DNA of 64,000 nucleotides from an uncultured Nitrospinota bacterium (GTDB lineage: Bacteria; Nitrospinota; Nitrospinia; Nitrospinales; JAJDAT01). The stretch is taken from contig CAZMZH010000001.1 in the NCBI GenBank assembly GCA_964570665.1, positions 210-64,209 on the forward strand. The letters run 5' to 3'. Shown one piece after another: positions 9,568 through 18,373 of this stretch. A program made the translations under genes and the position numbers. The stretch's first letter is position 1, and every line of letters begins with the position of its first letter. The notes under the pieces are model-generated. The model was not told the DNA's origin. It searched no databases and saw only the letters and a program-made list of their open reading frames with translations.

Positions 9568-10230
9568 ATGACGCAGAAACCAAAAATCAAAAACTGGGAA
9601 GAATTAATCAACGATGGCGATAATTACGGAGATGTAAACTACACGCCCCTTGAAAAAACGATTATTGAATCCTTAAAAAATAAAACCGTCCTAAAGGTCC
9701 AAGACAGTTTTCTTTTTTCGAAAAATGGCGATATCAAGGACCCCGATCATGGTCCTAATTTAGCTAAATTGATTTCAAATTTTGAACCTCTAAAGGACGT
9801 GACTTCTTTAATTATTACTCATAATCAGTTAGGTCCTGAAGGGGTGGCTATTCTTGCCGAATCTCCCATCCTCAAAAAAATAGATTACTTACACTTGGGC
9901 TCCAACCAAATTGGCGATGAAGGAGCCAAAATAATCGCTAATTCTCCCTTGTTTGCGAATGTTGAGTTTTTGAATTTAGAATGTAATAAAATTCAATCTG
10001 AGGGAGCGCAAGCTTTGGCCGAATCCAAGTATCTAACCAAAGTTACAAGCCTAAATTTAGTCGACAATAAATTAAGCGACGAAGGAGTTTTGCATATTGC
10101 CAACTCTCCTAATTTTTCAAATTTGACTTATCTCCATCTAGGGGGTAACCGAATAAAGTTAAAAGAAACAAAACAAGCCGTCAAAGAGTGTAAAAATTTA
10201 AGTACTGTTGAAACGTTGAAAATATTTTAA
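9568..10230 (+). CDS. Leucine-rich repeat protein, ribonuclease-inhibitor (RNI) type
   Basis: About 28-aa repeats of the form L.L..N.IGDEGAK.IA.SP....L..L (HLGSNQIGDEGAKIIANS, LECNKIQSEGAQALAES, LVDNKLSDEGVLHIANS). Confidence 0.8.
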   Translation: MTQKPKIKNWEELINDGDNYGDVNYTPLEKTIIESLKNKTVLKVQDSFLFSKNGDIKDPDHGPNLAKLISNFEPLKDVTSLIITHNQLGPEGVAILAESPILKKIDYLHLGSNQIGDEGAKIIANSPLFANVEFLNLECNKIQSEGAQALAESKYLTKVTSLNLVDNKLSDEGVLHIANSPNFSNLTYLHLGGNRIKLKETKQAVKECKNLSTVETLKIF

Positions 10231-10272
10231 ATTTTTCTTCTCCAGTCCAAACTTACTATTCTATTTTTTACT

Positions 10273-11208
10273 TCACCCTCCATCTGGCCTTAATAACTCT
10301 GGCTTAGAGTAATTTACTAAATCGGGAGTATTGTCAACGCCTTCATATAAAATCAAATTTTTTAATCGCCCCGAATTTTTCAACTCCTTAAGTCCTTTTG
10401 CGCCTTCTTCCGTAAAAGGATTTCTACTAACGGTCAAAGTATCTAAACTTTCAATCATATTAGAATCCGCTAAAGCTTTACATCCCTTGTCGGTAATTTG
10501 GTTATAGCCAAGATCTAAATTTTTAATAGACCTTAATCTCGTAGATTTAGACAACTCTTCCACGCCGTCATCCGTCAACTTATTTGAAGTTAACTTTAGG
10601 ACTTTTAATTCCTCTAACCCTTCCCATTCAAGTAATTTTTTAATTCCTTCGTCGTCAACATACCCTCTATCTAAATGAAACTCTTTCAGATTTGTTAATT
10701 GAGCGGTTTCCGCAAAGGAATTACAAACCCCATTCCCTACCTGGGTATAATCTAAATTTAAAATCTCAAGCGAAGCCGCGTGAGGAGACATTAAAAACGC
10801 CGAGATGGCTTCGTCTCCCAAGCGATTATCGTTCAAAAATAAAGTTTTCAACTTTTCCCACCGGACCTCATTCAATTGCGCCCAATCTTTTATCCCAGAA
10901 TCTGTTAAAAAATTTATACCGAGATCTAGGCGCTCCAAATTCTTTAGGTATGGAGATTCTAACAATATTTTTAAGCTTTCATTGTCTATTTGGTTATCGC
11001 TTAACGTAAGTCCCTTAAAATCTTTAACAATTTCTAAACCCGCAATTGCCGTTACTTCTTCTAAACCAATGTATCGACCCGCAAACTCCATATGGTCTTG
11101 TTTATTGGCCGCAAGCTCGCTAATAATCTTTTTAAATTTTTCCTTTTTTTCATCAAGCGATGGTTTGTTACTTTCATATTCGGCATCGCCGCCGCGAATA
11201 ATAGCCAT
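10273..11208 (-). CDS. Leucine-rich repeat protein, RNI type (paralog)
   Basis: Same repeat grammar (LSDNQIDNESLKILLES, LNDNRLGDEAISAFLMS, LTSNKLTDDGVEELSKS, LGYNQITDKGCKALADS). Confidence 0.8.
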   Translation of the reverse strand: MAIIRGGDAEYESNKPSLDEKKEKFKKIISELAANKQDHMEFAGRYIGLEEVTAIAGLEIVKDFKGLTLSDNQIDNESLKILLESPYLKNLERLDLGINFLTDSGIKDWAQLNEVRWEKLKTLFLNDNRLGDEAISAFLMSPHAASLEILNLDYTQVGNGVCNSFAETAQLTNLKEFHLDRGYVDDEGIKKLLEWEGLEELKVLKLTSNKLTDDGVEELSKSTRLRSIKNLDLGYNQITDKGCKALADSNMIESLDTLTVSRNPFTEEGAKGLKELKNSGRLKNLILYEGVDNTPDLVNYSKPELLRPDGG

Positions 11209-11309
11209 TTTAAAAACCTTTTCTGCAAACGCAAAATTTATTCATATGAGCCTCGCTTTATTCCATCCAAGATGATTTTTCAGAGACTCTAATAGTTAAT
11301 ATCTTTACT

Positions 11310-11366
11310 GCCCTGTCGCCTAGCCCTTGCTTTAAAAGGTTCGGCGATACAGGCTTTTATTTTTTA
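11310..11366 (+). terminator. Plus-strand intrinsic terminator with no annotated plus-strand gene upstream
   Basis: gccctgtcgcc (11310-11320) pairs with ggcgatacaggc (11343-11354, 2-nt bulge). An inner ccctt/aagg pairing is possible. It is followed by ttttatttttt. No U-tract exists in the opposite orientation. Confidence 0.4.
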
Positions 11367-11579
11367 AAATTTTTCTTATTTTAGCAACTTAGAAACTGCA
11401 TTCAAAAAAATAATCCAAAAGAATAAGTTAACCGCCTAAAAAATATCAATTTACAAAACTTAAAAAGCAAACAACATTAAAATAAATTAATACCACTTTA
11501 ACGGTTCTTTAATTTTTTGAACTTATAATAATTTTTGTAAACAAGTCAATTCACGGAATAAGTCCTGAAGGAGCAAATT

Positions 11580-11816
11580 ATGACCCACTTTAAAACTTTG
11601 GATTCAAGAGGGCAACACTTTGGCGAAATTTGCGATTTGGCTCTTAGAGAATTAAAAAAAATTAAGATCAACGGTATATTGGAAATTATTTTAGATAATA
11701 AAAGAAATATTTCAGACGCCATTAAAGTTTGGGCGCAATCCCATGGCCACAAATTTTCAGATTCCGAATCTGCAAATAGTCTGATTCGAATCTTTATTCG
11801 AAAAGGAAAAAATTAA
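11580..11816 (+). CDS. TusA/SirA-fold protein lacking the canonical CPxP cysteine
   Basis: Aligns by eye to E. coli TusA (LDALGLRCPEP.. / ..YLIRKG). Here the sequence is LDSRGQHFGEI ... IRIFIRKGKN, so the active-site Cys-Pro is replaced by Phe-Gly. Confidence 0.55.
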   Translation: MTHFKTLDSRGQHFGEICDLALRELKKIKINGILEIILDNKRNISDAIKVWAQSHGHKFSDSESANSLIRIFIRKGKN

Positions 11817-11897
11817 GATAAGGCTTAAGGCCTTAAATATTGATCTTAGAAAAATGAAAAAGTAATACAGCAGAATAATAAGTTTACCCAGCCAATT

Positions 11898-12006
11898 AGG
11901 GCGACGGTTTTTCTAAACTTGGCAAAACCAAGGGTCATTCTCCTTCCCTTGCAAAATGCCTTCTTTTCCCTCTCCTTTTAGAAAAACCGGTCGCCCTTTT
12001 ATTTTT
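11898..12006 (+). other. 100-nt long-stem inverted repeat followed by a T-tract (structured RNA or elaborate terminator)
   Basis: agggcgacggtttttctaaa (11898-11917) is complementary to tttagaaaaaccggtcgccct (11977-11997) with one bulge. There is an internal cttgg-caaaa-ccaag hairpin, then tttattttt. Confidence 0.45.
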
Positions 12007-12153
12007 AGCCAAATAATTCCAATTTTTGGAATTTAGGCTGACAATTCCTATTTCATATAATAAGATACTTATGTATTTGTTTTATAAACGTTTTCTTCAT
12101 AGGCTAATTCACATTCCTATTAAAATCTAAATATTGCTCCGATCAAACGCTCT

Positions 12154-12810
12154 ATGAAAAGCCTAAATAAAAACTATTATAGCATTCTCAATGTTTCAAA
12201 GAATGCATCCCATTCTGAAATTAAAACAGCTTACCGAAAATTAGCAAAAGAATTTCATCCAGATAGTAACCCTAAAATCACTGACAATTGGAAAATCCGG
12301 GAAATAAACGAAGCTTACCAAATTCTATCCGACCCAACTAAAAGACTAAAACTAAATATATTTCTTAGAAGACAAGGACCAAAATCTTTTCGCCTGATAG
12401 GTTGGGAATACGACCTATTTCGCGCCCAAACTTTTCTCCAAGCGGATAAACAATTCTTTCTTAACCAAGAAAAAGATAGAGGAAGACAAGAAACTATTTG
12501 GAAATTACTGGAAAACCTTCGAGAAGATCAATCTAATTTTTGGATACCTTTTAATATCGGTACGGGGTATCGACAACAAAATAATCTACCCAAATCTCTC
12601 CAATACTATTCCTCCTCCCTAAGATTGAATCCAGAAGATGGATATACCTATTTAAATTTAGGAATGATTTACGACTCTTTGAAAGATTTTGACAATGCGG
12701 TTGGTAATTTAACTCGTGCCGCTCAAATTTTCGAGCGTTTTGGCGCTTCCGCTTTAGCCAAGCAATCTTATACAAGTGTGGATATCTTAAAAAACCGCTA
12801 CGGTAGGTGA
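12154..12810 (+). CDS. J-domain protein with C-terminal TPR repeats
   Basis: YYSILNVSKNASHSEIKTAYRKLAKEFHPDSNP (HPD motif). The C-terminus has TPR-like NIGTGYRQQNNLPKSLQYYSSSLRLNPEDGYTYLNLGMIY. Confidence 0.8.
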   Translation: MKSLNKNYYSILNVSKNASHSEIKTAYRKLAKEFHPDSNPKITDNWKIREINEAYQILSDPTKRLKLNIFLRRQGPKSFRLIGWEYDLFRAQTFLQADKQFFLNQEKDRGRQETIWKLLENLREDQSNFWIPFNIGTGYRQQNNLPKSLQYYSSSLRLNPEDGYTYLNLGMIYDSLKDFDNAVGNLTRAAQIFERFGASALAKQSYTSVDILKNRYGR

Positions 12811-12817
12811 GCTCAAT

Positions 12818-13225
12818 TTAAATCTCTTCACAATCAAAAAGCTCGTCGTTAATCCAGCTGATTTGGATATAAGAAGGAAGGATCGTTTCCTTGTCAAGTT
12901 TAGCGGATTCTAACTGGTCGCAAGTCAGGTTAGAAACATCCTTTAAATTAGCGCCGTGAAGGAAAGTATCGCTTAGATCGGCATCTTCTAAGTTAGCCGC
13001 CGACAAATCCGCTTCGCTTAAAACAGCTCTGGTGAGATCGGCATTGCTTAACTCAGCCCCAGAAAGGTTAGCTTGAATCAAATAAGCGCCAGACAAATCC
13101 GCATCTTTTAAATTGGCGCCGCTAAATTGTCCCCGCATCAGCTTAGCGTTACTTAGGTCGGAACCGCTCAGTTTATCTTTTGAAGATTCAAGCTCTTTTA
13201 ATTTTAAAATCCAGTCAGGCAGCAT
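12818..13225 (-). CDS. Pentapeptide repeat protein
   Basis: Runs of A(D/N)LSx units: GANLKDADLSGAYLIQANLSGAELSNADLTRAVLSEADLSAANLEDADLS. Confidence 0.85.
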   Translation of the reverse strand: MLPDWILKLKELESSKDKLSGSDLSNAKLMRGQFSGANLKDADLSGAYLIQANLSGAELSNADLTRAVLSEADLSAANLEDADLSDTFLHGANLKDVSNLTCDQLESAKLDKETILPSYIQISWINDELFDCEEI

Positions 13226-13278
13226 AAAAATCTAAATAAGAACACAAAGGTTTTATTTCTTCGAGCGCTACAAGAAAG

Positions 13279-13494
13279 TTAATCCATTTTTGTGTTGGCG
13301 TAGAAACCAAAAACAAAAAGCCCTATAGCCACGAGAACTATAGCGTCGTCTATCAACCATTGCTTCCAACTGCTAGCGCCGTGCCCTAAAACCCATGGAA
13401 CCGCCATTAGCAAAACGCCAAGAAAACCTATGCCCAATAAGGAAACTATGGTGATGATCATCGCTTTTTCACTCATCAAACTCACCTCGGTCAA
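13279..13494 (-). CDS. Small two-TM membrane protein, unknown function
   Basis: 71-aa ORF with two hydrophobic helices. No recognised motif. Confidence 0.35.
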   Translation of the reverse strand: MTEVSLMSEKAMIITIVSLLGIGFLGVLLMAVPWVLGHGASSWKQWLIDDAIVLVAIGLFVFGFYANTKMD

Positions 13495-13680
13495 AGAGCA
13501 GTATATTTATATAGATCTCTCTAAATTTGGATCTTGAAAAAGAAAAATCCAAAATAGATTAATTAGCAATAAACTAACTAATATTAACTAAATTTGAAAG
13601 TAAAATATGGAGACCGGCTCAAAAAGATTTTCCCGTAGCCAAGTAAGAAAAAAAAACTTTAAAGATCCGTTAGATTATTT

Positions 13681-14889
13681 TTATAGATCAACTTCCTCAA
13701 TAATTTGCTCTGGAAGGCCTATAAAAATTTCCGCTCCTTCACCGGGTCTGCCAAAAGCGGAAATCTTACCGCCAAAGCAATCGATTATTTTTTTACAAAT
13801 GGCCAGCCCCATTCCGCTCCCTTCATAAGACATTCTTGGGTTTAACCTTTCAAAAGGTTTAAAAATCCGATCGACAGAATTTTGCTCGAAGCCAATTCCA
13901 TTATCTTTAAAAATTAACTCTTGAAAACCATCCTTTTTTTCAGAACAAGAAATATGCAAACTTAGAGGAACCCCTTCGCGCGAAAATTTTAAAGCGTTGC
14001 CAATTAAATTTTGAAACAAAAGTCTCGCTTGAATGGGATCCGCTTGGATAGTCGGCAAATAATCGGCGGAAACATTTCCATTAGCGCTCGAAATCAGAAA
14101 ATCCAAATCGACAACAACCTCGTCAACAAGTTCATTCAAATCAACCGGCACCGCGCCTTTTTCTGAAAAGTTGATTCTAGAATATTGAATCAAATCGCGG
14201 ATTAATTCTTGCATTCGATGAACGGCGCGAAATATACGTTCAAAGCAATCGGACCCTTCGTCGTTCAAATTTGGCAACATATTTTTTAATCTGTCGCCAA
14301 ATACAAGAATTTTCCTTAAAGGTTCATGCAAATCGTGAGACGCAATCATAGCAAACTCATCAAGAGAGCGATTGCTTCTTTCTAATTCCTGTACGTACTT
14401 AAGAAGTTTTTCTTGATTCTTTTTCAGTTCCATTTCGCTCTCGTTACGTAACGAAATCTCCGTTTTGAGTTTTTCGTTCATCGCAACTAATTTCTCGTCG
14501 TTGTGCCGCAACAAACCTTTTGAAGCTTTTTTTTCTAAACAGAGAGAAATCCGCGACAAAAACTCATCTTTTTTACAAGGCTTCAAAATATAGTCCGATA
14601 CGCCATTTTGTAATGCGCGTATGGCGGGTTGTATTTTCTCATTATCGGTGATGATAATTACCAAAGCTTCGGAGTCTATTTTTTTTATTTCTTCTAAGGC
14701 TGTAATTCCATCCGCTCCCAAATCGGCCAAAATTAAATTGTAGGCTTTTTGCTCAAACAATTTAATTCCTTTACCGCAGTTTTCTGCAATATCGACACTA
14801 TATCCGTTTTCCATTAACAGTTCGGACACGGTCGTGAGGTTTACGCTCTCATCGTCAATCAATAAAATGGAGTTTTTATTTTCTGTCAT
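13681..14889 (-). CDS. Hybrid signalling protein: N-terminal receiver domain, coiled coil, HisKA and HATPase_c histidine kinase
   Basis: ILLIDDE...ILADL receiver. H-box IASHDLHEPLRKI. N/G boxes NLIGNALKFS and DNGIGF...GSGMGLAICKKI. Confidence 0.85.
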   Translation of the reverse strand: MTENKNSILLIDDESVNLTTVSELLMENGYSVDIAENCGKGIKLFEQKAYNLILADLGADGITALEEIKKIDSEALVIIITDNEKIQPAIRALQNGVSDYILKPCKKDEFLSRISLCLEKKASKGLLRHNDEKLVAMNEKLKTEISLRNESEMELKKNQEKLLKYVQELERSNRSLDEFAMIASHDLHEPLRKILVFGDRLKNMLPNLNDEGSDCFERIFRAVHRMQELIRDLIQYSRINFSEKGAVPVDLNELVDEVVVDLDFLISSANGNVSADYLPTIQADPIQARLLFQNLIGNALKFSREGVPLSLHISCSEKKDGFQELIFKDNGIGFEQNSVDRIFKPFERLNPRMSYEGSGMGLAICKKIIDCFGGKISAFGRPGEGAEIFIGLPEQIIEEVDL

Positions 14890-15007
14890 TTTTTTATTAA
14901 AATAGCTTCCATAAAATATAGATAGCCTTATATATGTTGACCCGACTATAGCTTTATACTTTAAGGAGATTTATCCGTTGAATCAATAATAGGAGCAAAT
15001 CAACTCT

Positions 15008-15274
15008 ATGCATCTTTCAGATCAAGATTTCATACATCAGTTCGAGCAAAAAACGCTCCCTCTTAAAGAGTTTAATCATCGAAGTCATCTGCGCCTTGCC
15101 TGGTTATATCTTCATAAGTATTCTCTTCTACCAGCGCTTAAAAAAATAACTGAAGGAATAGAAGCGTTCGCAGTCAGTTTGGGCGCCAATGACAAATTTC
15201 ATCATACTCTTACGGAAGCAATTGTCAGAATTATGCACCTTAGATGTCAACAAGACAAGGCTGAAACCTTTTAG
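15008..15274 (+). CDS. Hypothetical protein (possibly truncated after a T7 homopolymer region)
   Basis: 88-aa ORF with no recognised motif. The 170 nt between its stop and the shared terminator stay partly open in other frames. Confidence 0.3.
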   Translation: MHLSDQDFIHQFEQKTLPLKEFNHRSHLRLAWLYLHKYSLLPALKKITEGIEAFAVSLGANDKFHHTLTEAIVRIMHLRCQQDKAETF

Positions 15275-15448
15275 AAATTTGGCAAGAAGAGTTTCTTATT
15301 TTTTTGTGGAAATCTTTCAAAACCTAAAAATAGGACGGCGGTCGCTGTTCGTCAATCTCATCGTTACCAAAAAAAAGACAAGTCTTTCGCGGAATTAAGA
15401 GTGGGCTTAAGTAGGAGGGAGTTTCTAATTCAGGCTTCATAAAACTAG

Positions 15449-15480
15449 CCACGCCGTCTTTCCTAGAAAAGAGGGCGTGG
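15449..15480. terminator. Hairpin between convergent genes (15008..15274 and the peroxiredoxin gene)
   Basis: ccacgccgtctttcc-tag-aaaagagggcgtgg gives a 7-bp plus 5-bp stem with one mismatch. Confidence 0.4.
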
Positions 15481-15495
15481 TACAAGTTTAATTTT

Positions 15496-15969
15496 TTAAC
15501 CAAATGCTTTTTTAGCGACATCCAAGATGGAATTGATTGGTCGGCATCCCAACAATTCTGCGTCTTCTCGGCCCACTTGATTACCGTCTGCATCGACAGC
15601 AATGGTAGATCGTTGCAAATATCGGCTGCGAACGCCATCTAAAGCTAAACCATTAGCTTTTCCAAATTCCATATCCACATCTTGAACCAAGTTTGGATAT
15701 CCATGTCCAGCGTTTGTCAAAATATCCGTTCCAACAACGATGATGACTTCGTCAACGCCTGCGTCTTTAAATTGGCTGGCGTTATCTTTTACTAAACCAA
15801 GTTCTTGGTTACAAAACCCGCCCGCTCCAGGAAGAGTGATAATCAATCGCTTGCCGCTAAAATCGTTAACAGATACTTCCGCTTCCAATGCAGTCGATCC
15901 AGCTTTTTCGACACTCCATTCTGGATTGAGTTTGATCAACTTCACATCACTACCAGGTAAACTTGCCAT
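15496..15969 (-). CDS. Prx5-like (atypical 2-Cys) peroxiredoxin / redoxin family protein
   Basis: GKRLIITLPGAGGFCNQE matches the Prx5 PGAFTPxC region. AGVDEVIIVVGTD and GVRSRYLQRSTIAVDADGN match the Prx5 C-terminal block. Confidence 0.6.
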   Translation of the reverse strand: MASLPGSDVKLIKLNPEWSVEKAGSTALEAEVSVNDFSGKRLIITLPGAGGFCNQELGLVKDNASQFKDAGVDEVIIVVGTDILTNAGHGYPNLVQDVDMEFGKANGLALDGVRSRYLQRSTIAVDADGNQVGREDAELLGCRPINSILDVAKKAFG

Positions 15970-16179
15970 GGATAATTTTCTCCTTTATTAATCGTATTTT
16001 TTAAAAAAATATAAAGTTTAAAAAGAAACCTCGTTTTTAAATTGAATCATAGATTATAAAGCATTTTGATGTCTAGGACATCGTCCATTTTCAAAAAAAA
16101 TGAATTGAGGTTTCGGCTGTTTTATCGTACCAGATTTGATATCCTGAATAACATAAGCAATTTCTTGGAGAATTACAGT

Positions 16180-17772
16180 ATGCGATTAATATGCTCGGTG
16201 GTAATGGCATCCATAATAGTCTTTTTTTACGGCGTTTCATTTGCCGCCGAATCCGAACAAAGTAAACCCAAAAGACCGTTTTATGAATATAAGGGCGACT
16301 ATCGAGGCAATATAAACAACCAAAAAAAAGAGTTTAAAGATTCGTTTAAATACGAATTAATGGATCTCGACAAAGGCTGGATACCGCGCGAAATTACGCT
16401 AATTCATAAGACTTTTTCTGAGTTGCCTGCCAATTTATACGGTCTTAAGGGGCTCAAAGGGTTTTATAGAACCGCTTATATAAAAGCTCTCAAAGGAGCG
16501 GCAATCCCTCCAGACGAAGTTCCAGCCGCCACCTTTCCGGCTTTCACAACAATATATAGAAACAACAGTAACTCTTATAATGTCAATATTGAAGACGAAC
16601 CGCTAAGAATTGAACTTTTCAATCCTCTCTTCTTTGAAGATGAAGATCAGATCGTTAACATCATTCATCATGAGTTTGGACATGCCTACGACATTAGCCA
16701 GGGAATTCTCTCAGTCTCCCCAGAGTGGTTGAACATAGCTAAATTTAGAACTCTGCACCTTCCTCCTCTTGACGCTCAAAAAAATGGAGACTTTTTATAT
16801 ACTTTCCTAAACGACTCAAAAACTACAAACTTTGCTCCCATAGCTTTACGCCAACAGGGAACCTATTCGCGCCTTAACCCACAAGAAGATTTTGCTAATT
16901 CATTTGCCGCATATATTCATTATCCCTACTTTAAATACACTCATCCTGCGCGATACAATTTTTTTAAAACTAAAGTTTTTGCCGGAAAAGAATACTTTCC
17001 CGAAAACAGCGACACTCTTAGTTACTTAAAAAAATTGACGCAAGATTTGGATCGAACCCTGGAATCGAAAAACTGGACAGCATTGGGAAGCATTGCGCTC
17101 GAGGTAAGCCGAATCGCCAGTATTAAAGAATCCGATCTGGTTATCGACTATTTTAAAAAAGCCATAACAATTGACAGCTCTAAAAAAACAGCGGTCATTT
17201 TAGCTAAAAAAAGTTGTTACATATTAAGCGAAGAGTCGTTGAGTTTCAGAAAGGATTTGGCTCGCAAAGGGCTCATTGTTCTTAGGGATATCCTGGCGGA
17301 AAGACGCTGCCGACAAACTGCAAAACTACCGTTTGAGAAAAGCTTCGTTAAATTCCCAGTTACAAATTTATTTTTTTATCGTGAAAATAATGTTTCTTTT
17401 CTACAATTCCTAGATTCAATGGCCCCGCTATCTTTGACTCGAGGCTTTAGATCGAATTATATTTGGACATTATCGTTATCGAATGGCGGGAGAGTCATTG
17501 CGCAGGGGGAACAACAAGGGTTGAACGGTAAAGATTCAATTAAAATAGATTTAAATAAGACCGCCAACCAAAAATTCGAATTTCCATTTGGCCAACGGCT
17601 AACTTTAAAAATAGCGGTTAAGAGAACCCAGGCAAGAACGTTTAAAATTTTCGATTCGTCTCCAGCTCAAATTCAATTTGTCGCTCAATCTTGGTTTGAT
17701 TATTTTCCAAGCGAGCCAATCAAACCCAGAGTTATCTTCCCTTTATCTCAATTACATTTGCAAAGAGACTAG
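16180..17772 (+). CDS. Secreted putative zinc metalloprotease-like protein (HExxH), otherwise uncharacterised
   Basis: The preferred start is ATG 16180 (GGAG 9 nt upstream), giving signal peptide MRLICSVVMASIIVFFYGVSFA. It has an IIHHEFGHAYD motif. The ORF track start at 16066 is probably too long. Confidence 0.55.
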   Translation: MRLICSVVMASIIVFFYGVSFAAESEQSKPKRPFYEYKGDYRGNINNQKKEFKDSFKYELMDLDKGWIPREITLIHKTFSELPANLYGLKGLKGFYRTAYIKALKGAAIPPDEVPAATFPAFTTIYRNNSNSYNVNIEDEPLRIELFNPLFFEDEDQIVNIIHHEFGHAYDISQGILSVSPEWLNIAKFRTLHLPPLDAQKNGDFLYTFLNDSKTTNFAPIALRQQGTYSRLNPQEDFANSFAAYIHYPYFKYTHPARYNFFKTKVFAGKEYFPENSDTLSYLKKLTQDLDRTLESKNWTALGSIALEVSRIASIKESDLVIDYFKKAITIDSSKKTAVILAKKSCYILSEESLSFRKDLARKGLIVLRDILAERRCRQTAKLPFEKSFVKFPVTNLFFYRENNVSFLQFLDSMAPLSLTRGFRSNYIWTLSLSNGGRVIAQGEQQGLNGKDSIKIDLNKTANQKFEFPFGQRLTLKIAVKRTQARTFKIFDSSPAQIQFVAQSWFDYFPSEPIKPRVIFPLSQLHLQRD

Positions 17773-17788
17773 AATATACAAAAAACTC

Positions 17789-18208
17789 CTAGATATCCCT
17801 CACCATGCGAGCCGCCATATTCATATGCGCGTATTGTGACGGCCAAATTTTATCGCCATCTTCATACTGAATAATTAATGCCGAAGAATCGCGTGTACTC
17901 TGTGTCCAAGTAACCCCCACCGACCCAGGCTCGAAAATAGGATCTAAATAAATATCGTCTCCATATTTATCCGTGTTCGTCTTTTTTAAATCGAACAAAC
18001 TCCAGGCCTCGTCCTCAGTCGGCAATCGCCAATTGGAATAGCCCGCAAAAGATTCTTTATTGAGCTTCGCGGAATACTCTTCGCATTTAAACCAATTAAC
18101 CCATTTTTTAATATCCTGGAATGAATCGGTTTTTTTCCACATAATATTTAATTCTTGATCGGATATGGAGCCATCTCCATTATCTATAAATCTTTGAGCT
18201 TCTGTCAT
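17789..18208 (-). CDS. DUF1566 (Lcl C-terminal domain) family protein
   Basis: DNGDGSISDQELNIMWKK ... YSNWRLPTEDEAWSLF is the hallmark WRLPT..E block of DUF1566. Confidence 0.6.
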   Translation of the reverse strand: MTEAQRFIDNGDGSISDQELNIMWKKTDSFQDIKKWVNWFKCEEYSAKLNKESFAGYSNWRLPTEDEAWSLFDLKKTNTDKYGDDIYLDPIFEPGSVGVTWTQSTRDSSALIIQYEDGDKIWPSQYAHMNMAARMVRDI

Positions 18209-18257
18209 ACTTTACTTTCTCCTAATTTGAATTCCAAAGGAACCTTCGATATCAAAT

Positions 18258-18336
18258 ACGAGATCCCTCCACGTTAGTCGGGATGACGAGCAGAGTGGAT
18301 TTTACAATTCTAGTTCCTTTATAAATCAACACGTAA
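18258..18336 (+). repeat. Copy A (modules 1-2 only) of a GC-rich interspersed repeat family
   Basis: gagatccctccacgttagtcgggatgac ... caattctagttcctttataaatcaacacgtaa aligns with 63824-63901. The spacing is identical (45 nt from gagatcc to caaYtctag). Confidence 0.8.
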
Positions 18337-18373
18337 TCCATTTCATGCGCTAAGATTGACACTCTTAGAAAAA

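Noticed and set aside
10692-11292. Plus-strand ORFs 10692..11009, 10805..11275 and 11092..11292
   Set aside because: They are antisense to the RNI-type LRR gene and are low-complexity shadow frames.
11780-11800. gattcgaatc, reminiscent of a tRNA T-arm
   Set aside because: It lies inside the TusA-like CDS with no acceptor or anticodon stem context. No cloverleaf could be drawn anywhere in the intergenic regions.
15324-15638. 104-aa minus-strand ORF
   Set aside because: It overlaps the 3' end of the Prx5-like gene in another frame and spans the inter-gene terminator hairpin.
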